The notes below the pieces were generated by a model that was not told the DNA's origin, ran no database searches, and was given only the letters and a program-made list of their open reading frames with translations. From Carcharhinus amblyrhynchos (Eukaryota), in NCBI GenBank assembly GCA_965287045.1, contig OZ336878.1:71114001-71178000 (forward strand): a stretch of DNA of 64,000 nucleotides. The letters are read 5' to 3'. The position numbers and the translations under genes are program-made. This document shows positions 12,447 to 25,184 of the stretch, in pieces. Position 1 is the first letter of the stretch; each line of letters opens with the position of its first letter.

Positions 12447-12869
12447 CTGCAGTAGGTAGGCAGGGTGCAAATTTGGATAAGCGGTCATCTCTCGCTCTCT
12501 CTTTCAGGCAAACCAAATAAACCAAATCAAATTAACTCTCTCACTGCACCAAGACACGCTGAGTTGTTTTTTTACAAAAACAACACATTTCCTCACATTA
12601 AGTGTTCATTATAGTTCATTAGAATGATGATAATTGGAGTCTTCAGCTATGATAGAGGCTGGCTTCCATGCCCCCTGGGCACCGCAGGGACTGGGGTGTA
12701 TTACTGACCCCTTTAATCGCATTTTGATTTGATGTTTTAAGTTTCCTTTGTACTTCTGTTCAGGCTGTTCCCCCTCCTTTTGGGGAGCTGCCCCTTTTAC
12801 TTTGTCCCTGAGTTAATTTGAGTTAGTTAGTTTGGTTTGCTCTAAAAGACACCGCTTATAGCAGAGGGG

Positions 12870-13770
12870 AAGGGGATTGAGGTGCACAAAATTATGGGGG
12901 ACATAGCTGGGTAGATAGGAGGGAACTTTTTTCCCTTAGTAAAGAAGTCATAAACATGGGGGCATAGATTTAAAGCAAGGGGCAGGAGATTTAGAGGAGA
13001 TTTGAGGAATTTTTTTCATCTAGAGGGTGGTGGGGATCATGAACTCACAGCCTGAAGGAGTAGTAGAGGCAGGAATCCTTAGAACATTTGGATAAGCACT
13101 TAAAACACCATGGCATACAAGGCTACAGACCAAGTGCTGGAAAATGGGATTCGATTTGATAGGTGCTTGATGGTCAGCACAGATATAATGGATTGAAGGT
13201 CTCTTTAGGCTATGCTAAAAAGTTCTATTGTTTTTATCCAAGATTTAGGCATGATTTAGGCTTGAATGTAGGAGGGTTGATCAGTAAGTTTATGGAAGAT
13301 ATAAAAATTGGTGGGGTGACAAATAGTCTCAGATTTCAGGAGAATATAGATGGGCTGGTCAGATGGGCTAATAATATGACTTCTCTACTAAGGGGAGAAA
13401 AGTTCCCTCCTATCTACCCAACTAACATATAAACTCAGCAAGTTTTGATGATATGGAGTTCACTACCCAAAAGGGTGGTAGAAGCAGATTTGGGAATCAA
13501 AGCTGGGAGGAAAGAGCAGCAGGGGTTGGGACCAATTGGGACTTTTTGCGAGGTGGTACAGGCACAATGGGATGAAAAGCCTTTATCTATCATGTAAAAT
13601 TATATGACAATGCTCAACAGTGAACTAATAAAGACACATTCTCATAGAGTCATAGAGCAATACAGCATGGAAAGAGGCCCTTTGGCCCACTGGTCCATGC
13701 CAACCATGTGCCCTCCCAGCTAGTCCCAATTGCCCAAATTTGGCTCCTATTCCTCTAATCCTTTCCAATG
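12870..13770. mobile_element. Cluster of CR1/HER1 LINE 3' fragments (mostly +; last piece 13640-13770 on -)
   Basis: 'gggcatagatttaaagcaaggggcaggagatttagaggagatttgagg', LISKF.EDIKIGG in ORF 13163-13432, and an antisense 'catagagtcatagag...gaggccctttggccca' tail. Confidence 0.8.
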
Positions 13771-14699
13771 ATTCAGTCCAGCTCACCCATGCAAAATGCA
13801 GCAATCCATGCTCACCATCCGATGCAGAGACAGGTTATGAGCTTATTGGGAGAGATATACAGAGAGATTGTGTACTCAATATAGCACTGGCTCTCTTCTG
13901 AGATTCAGACCTTTGTTTAAAACAAAATCCTGTTGATACTTTTGAGACTATCATTATGACAGAAATTCTGCCACCTTTGTTACTGCTATCCATATCTTTG
14001 AAATAATAGATTTAATATAAATCATATTTCATGATATAAATATATCATATGATTTGGTAAATGATGCCAATTATTTATAGAAATCTGGAAGTAAAATCCA
14101 AACTTAATTTAGCAGCATCATTCTTATTGTGTTAACTGATCTTTCCTAACTGGCAGACCGATCTTGAAGCACTAGATCCATTTCAAATATAACACTGGGA
14201 GTGACATGGAAACAAGGCGCAGGGACCAGGGTTGTGGGAGGGGGGGCATCTCACTGTTCACACCACTGGCTAGGCCCATCAAAAATGGCCCTCAGTTTGG
14301 GAGATGTCTCACCAAACTATGGATTTTGTAATTAGTCACAAGTTAATGCTCCCCACATTCTTTAACTTGCTTGAAATTATTGTGAGAGAGTAGCTTCTCC
14401 AGAATGACATAAAGCAACCAACTTCAATGGAGGTTGGAAGAAAAGCTTCAGTTGCTGTGAGAGTTAGGGATCTTTTCTAATCAACAAACAAGCTAACTCA
14501 CATGTCATAGAACTCTGACTGGCACAACATAATTAGTACATTTTAATCAAAACAGTCTATGTTGGATTGTAGCTGAAATATAAGTTTGAGAATAATATGT
14601 ATTATTGCTATAGATGGATTTCATAGGTTAGAGCACTTCACATAGAAGGCTACTGTTTTGGACTAATTGTTAAAATCCTCATGCTGAGGAAAGTTGAAG

Positions 14700-15086
14700 T
14701 CCATTTATAGAACACCTTTCATAATCCCAAGACATCCCAAAATGTTTCCAGCCAATTAAATACCTTTTAAGTATACTGACGGTAGGGGAACATTGTAGCC
14801 AATGTGTACCTAGTAAGGTACACAGACAGCAGACAGAATTACCAGGTCATTTATTTAAGTTATGCTGGTTGAGGAGAGAATTCATGTTTTTTTTTGTAGT
14901 GTAGTGATATGGGGTCTTTCATTGATTTAGCATGCAGTGACATGGGATCTTTTATTTCTACTTAGGAAGGCAGACAGGGGCTTGGTTTAACATATCTTAA
15001 AAATTACACCTGCAACAATGCAGCATTCCTTCAGTGTTGCACAGGAGTATAAACCTCAAAGTCTTGGCTGTGGGACTCAAATCCAC
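14700..15086 (-). mobile_element. Deu-domain SINE (SacSINE1-like), near full length, decayed
   Basis: 'gtgacatgggatcttttat...ggcagacaggggcttggtttaacat...tgcagcattccttcagtgttgcac...tgggactcaaatccac'. Confidence 0.75.
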
Positions 15087-16877
15087 TAGCCCCCAGAGCC
15101 ATGGCTAACCCCGGAAGGACAACACTTCATATACATGAATATAGGTGACTGTTTAAATATGGCAGACAATAAAAGCAAATCTGTGTGAGTACTGCCTGCA
15201 TAAAATGCATGATTAAGTAATAAGCGTAATGGGTGAGTGACAAGGAGCTGTACAATTTGATGGTGTGTGAATTGCATATTCAAAATAAAAAGGAGACTGC
15301 CGACTCTGGCAATTTTAACATGGATGAAACTGGCAAACCTTAGCATACATACAGGAAATTCATCTTTTTTCAGTGACTTACTGAAGGTAAAACTCCCCAA
15401 GGGATAAAGAGGCAGATGAGTACAGGCGAGAGAACATATCCCACTATAATTGATCACAGTTAATATTGGAATTCATAAAGAATCCCTCTTTTTAAAATGT
15501 CAGTCTCTCCACATTTCTATTTAACCCCTTTTGTATTGCTGCACAATAGAGTTTTTGCCTTGATTCATGTTAAATAGCGACATTCTGTTAAAAGACTTAA
15601 AACAAGCATTGTATCTTATGTGTTTTTAGCAACTTAATTCTTCACAACTAACCAGCACCTGTTACTTAAGAAACAAAATACTTAATCAGTCTATAATTCT
15701 GGATCATTTCCAAACCATATCATGTGACAAGTTAAAAACTCATAGTGAAACAGACTTTTTGCAGAGTTCTGTCTTCTCTCTCGCTGCTGCCAGATTGAAA
15801 AAAGGAATTTGTATTATAAGATCTGTCTACCCAGAAACCTACAGGGAATTTCAGAGATAGAGTCATCGGTGAATTCCCCCGAGCGGATTTCCCAATGAAG
15901 AGAAGCTTTGGAGTTTCCAGTGCAACATTTTCAAACTTGATTTTCTGCCTTTCCATATTAATTGCTGGTGGCGATGGAAAGCCCCAACTTTTGATTCCTT
16001 TGTGAAAGATCACGGAAAGAGTAGCAGCGGGTGGGCTTGAAGATAACATAGTAAGGGGGGTGAGGCAGATGGGACTGGATGCAATAAATATCCCATTATA
16101 ATTCATCACAGTTGGCCTTGCAATGTACACAAAGATTCTCTTTTTAAAACACAATGTTGGTCCCTGCACCTTTCTAACAAACACATATTGAATCATTGCA
16201 CAACACAGTGTTCATTCTCAAAAGTGACATTATCTTGCCATTGAGAGTTGGACTGGGAAATACATGGGTGCGGACATTGATGTTCTGTCTGATTCAAAAG
16301 CCCAACACTGGTTGTCTGGGCTAAGAGTTCCTAATCAGTGTGTCTTGGCACACTGGTGTCCCATGAAGACCCCCTCCAAGTGTGCTGCAAAGAAAGATGC
16401 AATATTTTTAAAAATTCATGTAATTAAACTAAAACTAACTTTTGTCTTCAGCTTTGTGGTCGACCCCTCCAAGACCCAATGAATCTTGAGCTGCCCATGC
16501 ATGCACTGTCTGGAAAGAGACGCACGTGCGCAGTTTAAATTTTTATGTTTGTCATGCCCATGTGCATAAGCAATGGGACTTGGAGCTGAGGACAAAGGTC
16601 CTATGCAGCTGCAGAAAAAGCAAAAACTCAAAGGGCACCAAAACCCTGGGAGAAGTGAGAGAGAGAGAGAGAGAGAGACAGGAAGAGGCTAAAAACAAAA
16701 CACAGGCAAGAGAGAACAGGGATAAGTTAAAAACAAAGTTCCTGGTAAGGGAAGAAGACAGAGAAAATAGGCGGCCTCAAAATTCTTTCAGTCTGTTAGC
16801 CCCAGAGAGGAGTGGGAAGAAATGGAGGCCATTTCTAGGCTAAAACCTAAGACTCTGGCCTACATTGATGGCATTAT

Positions 16878-17030
16878 TTGATGTTTCACCAAAAATCAAC
16901 ATTCAGATAGTACTGCACTCTCTCAGTACAGTGCTAAAGTATTGGTTTAGATTGTGTGTTCAAGTCTCTGGAGTGGGGTTTAAATCCACAACCTTCTGCT
17001 TCAGGTGGGTATTCTGCTGAGTCACAGTGG
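16878..17030 (-). mobile_element. Deu-domain SINE 5' part (tRNA head)
   Basis: 'tgcactctctcagtacagtgc...caagtctctggagtggggtttaaatccacaaccttctg', similar to 17980-18100. Confidence 0.75.
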
Positions 17031-17684
17031 AGTGATGTATGCGTAAGGAAGAGCTCACAATCAGTTAAAATATGCAAGTTGTTATTCACCAATCTCTGTG
17101 TCAACCAATTAACAAACCACTTGTATGGGGCTGAATTCTTCCAACTGCACATTGAGCCATCTGCTTTGGGGCCATTTCATACCATGGAAGCTCCTCTCGT
17201 GGTGACAATGCAGCCATGAGTGTTGGCATGTCTTCACCAACGCAGCTTTAATTGTTGGATTCCTAGCTAGTTCAAGGATGAATCTCAGTTTTTCATGTGC
17301 TATTTCAGGGATTGAAGTTTTGGAAAAATGCACAGATTTGCAATTCAATGTTGCAGAATGTTGGCAAGAGGTCAAAGGGATGTGAACTGAGTATCACAAG
17401 GTATAACAGTCTCAATTCATTACAGACACTCATTTTCCCCTTTGTTTCCATTCACTGCATTTCAGATGCTTGATAACTTCCATGGAAATTGAGTTCTTAA
17501 TGACAGAGGAAAAATTGTCACAGGACAAGAAAAAATACTAACAATCCCTGGAGTTCATAAACACTCCAACAAAGTAAGAAAGTAGGAATAGGCTATTCAG
17601 GCACTGGAGCGTTTTATTTGCAAATTATCCCATTTAAAGTCTTGGTTTCCAAGACTCGTCCAAAATTACAACATTAAAAATACT

Positions 17685-18105
17685 CTTAGATACACCTTTC
17701 ACAACCTCAAGATGTCCTGAAGCTCTCCACAAACAAGTAAATATCTTTGAAGTGTCATCACTGTTGCAATGCAGGAAATGTAACAACCAACCTGCACATA
17801 TCACATTCCCACAACACCATAATGACCTGGTAATGAATATAATGTTGGTTGAGGGATAAATATTGGTCACAATTTTAGGAAGTACTCCAATGCACTTTGA
17901 AATGGGTTATTTTACATCCACCTAAGGAGACAAGGAAGGCCTTATTTAATGTTATACGAATAAGACAGCACTTAGATGGTGCAGCACTCCCTTAGCACTG
18001 TACCAAAACATTAACCTAGATTATGTGCTCAAGTCTCTGGAGTGGGACTTGAACCCACAATCTTCTGTCTCAGAGGTGGATATTCCCAGTGAGTCATAGC
18101 TGAGT
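17685..18105 (-). mobile_element. Deu-domain SINE (SacSINE1-like), full length
   Basis: Tail 'cacctttcacaacctcaagatgtcctgaagc', Deu core 'gttggttgagggataaatattgg', and tRNA head 'ggagtgggacttgaacccacaatcttctgtctcagagg' (B-box GGTTCAAGTCC on the minus strand). Confidence 0.85.
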
Positions 18106-18259
18106 GGTACATGCATAAGGAACAGCTCGCATTCAATGAAAAAAACCGATCGTTTTTCACCAACCTCAATACTTGGGGAAGTTGAAACCTGTACAAGCTA
18201 GATGAGTTGCACCCCAGCAGGTCTGGTTATTTCCTATTGTAGAACCAGAAGTAATATTT

Positions 18260-18508
18260 CTTTTGGTAATATTTCTTCACTCAGAGCGTGACAAACCCAT
18301 GGAGTTCTCTGCCATAGAAGGATGTGGAGGCCAAATCACTGCACATATTTAAGAAGGAAATAGATTTCTAGACTCTAAAGGTATCAAGAGCTATGGGAAG
18401 AGCGCTGGAGAATGGCATTGTGATAAAAGATCAACCATCATTATGTTGAATGGCGGAGCAGGCTTTAAGTGTCGAATGGCCTATCACGCTCCTATTTTTT
18501 GTTTCTAT
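18260..18508 (+). mobile_element. CR1 LINE 3' end
   Basis: 'tttcttcactcagag...tggaggccaaatcactg...gttgaatggcggagcaggc...cgaatggcctatcacgctcctattttttgtttctatg'. Confidence 0.85.
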
Positions 18509-19829
18509 GCCAACCAACTAATAGTATGAGGCTGAATCATGCAACTCATCTGCTGCTATTCTTCCACAGGAAACAGGTGCCAAAACACTACAAATTGGAC
18601 TAGTTCAGCACATGGAAATCCCCTAACACAGCACTTCATTCAGCATCTTGTTGCAGAACAAATTAGCTATAACAAATATGAAAAATTCTAAATGTGTCTG
18701 TTGTGCTTAATAGTGTAAAAGGTCCGCTTGGGAGGAGACGAGGAAAATGATGAGAAGTGTACAAACTGTGAAATGAAAGCAGAATAAAGTCTAGCCAGTG
18801 CACATAATTTGGAAAAATGCTAATGCTTAAAATTAAACAAATGACTGAATTAAAACCCATTAATGAAGTAATACATTCAAATGTTCTATTGGCCTTACTT
18901 AATTGATGTCAGAGAATGTACTGACTGACTTTTAAACATGTTGAGTTGCCAAATTTTTTAATGCTATAATGTCGCTGTTATTCTTAACGTTGACAATTGC
19001 AAACTGACAGCGAAACAAGGTAATGGATTGGAGGAGCTGACAGCAATTAAACCAAGCAAGTTTCCTCATTGCATTGTCACCCTGCTCAATTGTGTTGCAG
19101 GTATTTGTGCAAGTGATGGATTTAATCTGTATGTATGATGAGCATTTAACTTCATGGTGGATGCTTTGTTTTCCCTGCAGTTTTCAACATTATCAAGGTC
19201 CAAATTAAGCGCCAATTCAAAACAAATTTGGACCAATCCACAAATGACTATCTTACACTCAATCAAGTCTGGCAACATGTAAAACTCAGGATAAATACGC
19301 AAGCACTAATTTCACATGTTGACGAGATTTTACAAAGTAATCATTTATGCTTACAGATCAAAGCACAAAGCTATTGATTTTTTTTGTCCAGACTTTGTTC
19401 ATGCTGTCTTAGCCTAACTCTTCATCTAAAAAGCATTTCAAATTGGTTGACCCATTTCCAATTTAGCGTTTGATTTTCTGCATTTTGTGTTAAGTGCCTT
19501 GGGAAGTCTTGTTACATTAAGGTACAATTGAAGTGCAAATTTCTTTTCGTGATTTCTGATTGTACGTTTGAATTAATAACATTTCAGATTACAGTTTTTC
19601 AGTCCCTTGATCACCATCTGCTCTGCATTTCTGACGCCTGGATTATAAACTTGGTTTGGTGCAGACTGATGACTTCAAATCAAGCCTCAGCTGATGGGTT
19701 CCACTCCCCTATTTTCTGGCTCAGTGGGGTCCTATTAGAAGGAGCTTTCAGCAATCTTAGTTCATAATGCAGTGCTTCCCAAACATGTGTATTGGAAACT
19801 CAGCACCAATCCTAGGACTGTCCTGTCCC

Positions 19830-20080
19830 TTTTAGGGCTGAGATGAAGAGAAATTTATTCACCCAGCAGAGTCAGCCTATGGAATTTGCTACCACAGAAT
19901 GTACTGGGGCAAAAACATTGAGTGTTTTCAAGAAGCAGTTAGATATAGCTCTTGAGGTGAAAGGGATCAAAGGATATGGGATCAGGCTCCTGAGTTGAAT
20001 GATCTGCCACGATTATAATGAATGGCGGAGGAAGCTTGAAGAGACAAATGACCTCCACATCCTATGTTCTATGTTTCTAT
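19830..20080 (+). mobile_element. CR1 LINE 3' end
   Basis: 'tttagggctgagatgaagagaaattt...gaatggcggaggaagcttgaag...cctatgttctatgtttctat' tail. Confidence 0.85.
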
Positions 20081-21239
20081 TTGTCACAAGGCTGTTTGCA
20101 GACCAGATGATCATGGGTACGTAAGGATGATGTGGACATGGGATGTGTTGGCAGCATCAGAGTTCCTCTACAGCTCAGGCAGCCATACAGCATATAAGAG
20201 CTGCTAAGATTGTTGAATAAACCCTTCTGCTTGTCAGTCCCTTGTCGTTAATCAACACAACCCAGCAACTTCTACAACTGTTCAAAGTGTGTCTTGCATT
20301 ATGAGTGTGTCCAAGGAAGCCCCCAACTAATCAATCAGAGCGCTGAATTGAACAGTTAGTCGGGTAGTGTAAGATTGATTAATTGGGGCAGTGAAATGCT
20401 GGCCCATTGATGAACCGTTTGGGCAAAAACACTGACCTCCTGTCGGAGTCTTCCCTTAACAGTTGCCATTGCTGCCTCAGTACTGACTCCACTGGGGCTT
20501 GCCACCCAGGTTTTGGGAAGCCATTGGGGCTTGCCGCCCAAGTTTTGGGAACCTTAGGTTTAGTGGACAGGGGCCACAGCACAAAACAAAAGTCCACAGG
20601 AGAGCTGGGGTTAATATTCTAACAATGGTATACCAATGACTTTTTTGAAACTTGAACAGAAAATGTCACACTGATGCAACTGATACATTCTAGAGGTTGC
20701 TAGTTGCTACGGTAGATTGCTGGGCCAGAGTTAAGGGAGTTTGACTCTCTTTCCAACCCATGCACTTTCCTGCCTTGAGATTGCTTGACGCTGACCCCCA
20801 TCTGAAAACAAAAACTGGTGAAGTCTCCACTAACATCACTCATCTTTACAAAAGCAAAAAAAAATCCAATTTATCCCTTGACTGCTTAACTATGACATTA
20901 GTCACTTTAGAAATTTCACCAGCAAATTAGTAGACCTTTGTCCAGCAACAAGACTTCTAACTTTGATGTGAAAGGGCATTCGATGTGGATAAATCACTGT
21001 GCATTACAGCCCTCCAAGAAAAGCTTCACCTGGCCCAGTATAACTGAGACAACTATGTAAAGCATATAACCAGCTGACTACCTACAAGATATACTGCAAA
21101 ATTATCAAGGCTTCATCAGCAACATCTATAAAACCTGTAACCTCAACCACATAAAAAGACAAGGAGCCACCATCACTTCCAAGTTTCCCATTGAGTCACA
21201 CCATTTTGATTTTGATATATATATTTTGTTTTCTCAGAG

Positions 21240-21335
21240 ATAAAAGATACAAAAGGTCACGTACCAACCAACTCAAAAATGGCTTCTTCCCTGCTTCCAT
21301 CAGACTTTTGAGTGGCCCTACTCATATTAAGTTGG
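21240..21335 (+). mobile_element. Rex1/Babar-like LINE 3' fragment
   Basis: 'cgtaccaaccaactcaaaaatggcttcttccctgcttccatcagacttttg' translates RTNQLKNGFFPASIRLL, resembling the Rex1 ORF2 C-terminus. Confidence 0.6.
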
Positions 21336-22199
21336 CTACATCTCAATAAATAACTCCTTTGACAAAAATGTTTTCTTCAGAAGAGCCACAGAATGCTGTG
21401 CCTGGTGACTGGAGCAGTCAGCACATACTCAGCACCACTTGTGATGTATTTTATATAAAGACATGCTTCACACACTTGTTTTGGACAACATGAAGAAACT
21501 AAACATAAAACAAAATCAGCTTTAGATATGACAGTGTAAATGGATGGAAAGTACATGAAACCTTTTAAAAATATATTTCAATTTTAATGGAAGTTTCAAC
21601 TGCCAGCAAGCACCAGAGAGGTAGCTGAAGTTATAGTCCCTGCAGTAACTGCAATGTAATGCAGTTTGTTATCAATCATAAAAGATGTTCTAATAGATCA
21701 ACACTCAAATACCAGCGTTGCAGTTTATGAATCCTGCCTTTAAGTTATTTTAAAAATATATGTGAATTATAAATAATGATCCAGGTTTCTCAGAATGAGA
21801 ATGGAAGTTGTATAGATTACTGCAGCAATATTCAGGCCTCAATAAGTTTGCACCAGATGTGACACCAGATCCGTTTAATATTTAATAATCTTATCTGAAA
21901 GAAGTTCCAAGTCTTACTTCATATTGCAGAGTTAATTGCCTTTTACATGTAGGATAACACATTTGCTGAGAGTGAGTTGATAGGGTTCTTTTGGATAGTG
22001 TATAAGGGTCACTAGTTTGTAAGTATAACAGCTGAACTGCTACCTAGCATTGCTTGGTTGAATCCTTCTGTTAGATCACAGAATGTCAATCAATATGGAT
22101 TTCACTGTACAATCAGTGGTTGGGGTTCAATATATAGGAAGTATTGAACTTTGTTTGATGGACAACATCGAGGACTATCATGGTATGAAAACGAAGCTC

Positions 22200-24620
22200 C
22201 AGCACACATCCTGAGTGCTCATTAGTTTCTATGAAGGGACTAAGATATCATTGAATACTGTGTCAAAACTGACTGGGCCACATCTTGCTCAGATGACAAG
22301 GCCATGCAGGGCGTAAACTTGGCAGGCTTCCGACGAATGCAGGGTAATGAGTGTTTGTCGATGATCGCATGATTGTCCTGCTGACCCACTCTGTAAGGAC
22401 AATACTAACATAACTCGCAGATTTGCATTCATGTTATCATATGAAATCTCTACATTCTGATGTCCGATGGCATCCTGAGGCTCAATATCAAGATGTGACC
22501 TTGGCATTAATCATGCATGAGAAATGGCATATGGAGATCTGGCATTTGGAGAGCTGGTACTTGAAGAGCTGGTGCTGTCCAGGTGAAATTCCATCTTCAC
22601 ATGGTGAAATGACAACAATTGATGGGATGTTTTCCTCTTGATGTTGCCTTGCCAAGTTCCTGTTGTCACACTGGCATAAGTGCACTGTTGTGTGCAACAG
22701 CCTCCTGAAGGCTGCTATGGCCACTGACATTTTCTGCACCGTGGTTAAAAGGATTGCACTGTCTGTAGTTGCTGAAGAATGAGAATTGGTGGACTACTTA
22801 TCCCATTGCATAGCGCCACAAGCTCCCTAAGTTACTGCACCATCCAAGGGCGATCTTATCATTATGGTTTAAGTTAACTTGTGCTTCCACCATTATCTTG
22901 AGATTGACAACCTTTCCTGAGATGAAATAATGACAATGAAAGCCTTAATGTCTCCCTTGCATTGAAGCGTCAGGAGAATTGCGCTCATATCAGCTTGGCT
23001 TCACCTTACTCCTCCTGCCATTACACTTGACCCTGTTATTGTGCACATGACTATCCACCCCCCTCCCCCCCACCCCAATTCCCTTCAACATTGATGTGCT
23101 CATGTCCTTTGTTGATCTGACCCTACTCCTTCTTGAAGCTACCTGCGCACTTACTGTCTGGGAGTTGCACCATGAGACCATCCATGACTTTGCAATTGCC
23201 AACTTATCAAATCCTGATGCCTTCCGTGAATGCCACAGTGCTCTCTGACTCCAACTCCAAGGACCAAATGCCTTCATTGACTGACCACACCTTTCAAACC
23301 ATTCTGCCCAGCGATGCCTTTTCTCATCCAAGATCAAACCAAGACATTTGTGCCACGCGGAGCATTAAAACATGGCCCACACAGACCTGGGACAGTCTCT
23401 TCAATTTGCCCCCAACAGAACAGCCTCAGCCACAGCATAGTCTGTTCAGTATCCCGCTGACAGTGTGGTCTCATCCCTAGGATAATCTCTTCAATATGCC
23501 TCTGACAGCATGGCCTCAGCCTCAGGGCAGTCTGTTCAATATTCCTCTTACAGTGTGGCCTCAGCCTCAGGCTAGTCTGCTCAATATCCCCCTGACAACA
23601 TAGCCTCAGCCTCCTTGTACAGTCTTAACTCTTGCCCTAGGACTATTTTTCATTTCTCCACTTTGTTCCTTGATCAGTCCATTGCCCATCCCATCCCCAG
23701 TCCTGCTTTTCTCTTCACCTTTCCCTCCTATGCTCCAATACTCCCTGCTGAAACCTGCCTCCATCTGCCCCTCCTCACTGGCCATTCCTCCCATGCCAAG
23801 CCTTGGTGCAGCTTGTGATATAGGCATCTGAAATCTTGCAGCAATGCTCTTTGAGGTAGGCAAAGCAACAACTGAGCACCTCAAAATCGTTGATGAACTG
23901 GAGCTCACATATATACAATCAGGAAACCAACCATTTTAATTATCTACTGGCATGGTGCTTAATTTGGACAAGAACATTATCCCACTGCATTGGCTATTTA
24001 ATGAGCATTCATGAAATACAAATAGTTGCAAATCTGGTTCCCAACATAGATAAGCAGGAAACTCGGCCTGCCTTTAATCCACCATCAAAGCTGGGAGAAC
24101 AAAATATCAACCTCATCTCCCACCGAGATGAAACTGAACAGGCCACCCAGATTTTATGCTTCAGCTCGCCATGTTTCCCATTGTTGGTGGGAGTGGAGGA
24201 TTCCACCTACTGGTGGCCATTTTGCACCTGCACTCACTGTGAGCGCAAATGGCAATGTGGGCACACAATGTCATGAGAATTGGAAACTTAGATTCTCATT
24301 GGTGCAATCTCATTTCCCAATTACTTGTGAGTAGGAATCTTATTTCAATACATTTCAATAAATTTTAATATGATTAGCAGACTTCCCCGCCATATGGGCA
24401 CCCTCATATTTAGAATTACTCCACGTCACGTTGGCAAGGTTTAAAAATGTTCTTTAAAACCATGAAGCAATCAAAGGGAACCAGCCAGGGGCTGGTAAGT
24501 ATAGTCTCCAGGGAAGAAGGACATGCCTGTGCAGTGCATGTTCCCTGGCACCCTGGCTCTGCCTCCTGGCATTACCCTCTGGCACTGCCAGCTCTGTCAG
24601 TCCCAACCCACACCTCCAGA
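22200..24620 (-). mobile_element. Possible decayed PIF/Harbinger-derived element (Myb/SANT-like ORF remnants)
   Basis: Antisense remnants 'AARF-SDA', 'LAWEE' (about 23780-23850) and 'HNNR...GGG'-like (about 23010-23045) recall Harbinger Myb/SANT proteins. Frameshifted; boundaries uncertain. Confidence 0.35.
23374..23613. repeat. 45-bp minisatellite, about 5.3 degenerate copies
   Basis: Unit 'ggcctcagcctcagggcagtctgttcaatattcctcttacagtgt' recurs at 23422, 23467, 23512, 23557 and 23602 (exact 45-bp period). Confidence 0.9.
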
Positions 24621-25184
24621 TTTTTGTGCACAGAGTGCTAGATTATCAAGAGAGAAAACTTGGCTGTGCAGCTGGAGAGCTGCAAGGCAGTTTTATTGCC
24701 TCAGCCAGTGCTCTGTGCATACAGTAGAAAATCACCTCCACTGTCTTTGTTTTTGGGCCTTGCACTGGCCGTGACCCTATACTGAGCGAACATATTGTAC
24801 AAGGAAAATTATTTCTGTATGTGTTGATGCTGGTTTTGGAGAGGGGGTAGGCATGAAAGCGTTTCAAAATTAGAGTGAAGGGAAGAAATTTTGTCTTAAA
24901 TTTTAACTTCATGCATCCAAATGCTGCCACATTTCACCCATGAGAAACAACATGCAAAGCAAAAATTTTAAGATTTTAAAATATTAAGATGATTTAAAAC
25001 TGAACTAAAATAATTTGAATGTTTGCCTCCAAAGTGAAGAAGGCAACAACTTTTTCTTATCGACGGATTTCCTGATCAGATTTGTATTACTCAGAGAGTG
25101 TGCACCAAGGTTGTTTCAACCCAGGACATTAATGAACTAACTGTACAAATTGACTAAGTAAATCATACAGTGGTGAATGTCGTG

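Noticed and set aside
15732-16196. 154-aa minus-strand ORF
   Set aside because: No recognisable domain, no convincing splice signals, composition like intronic DNA.
23374-23613. CRISPR-like array
   Set aside because: Contiguous degenerate tandem units without unique spacers, in a vertebrate genome with no cas genes.
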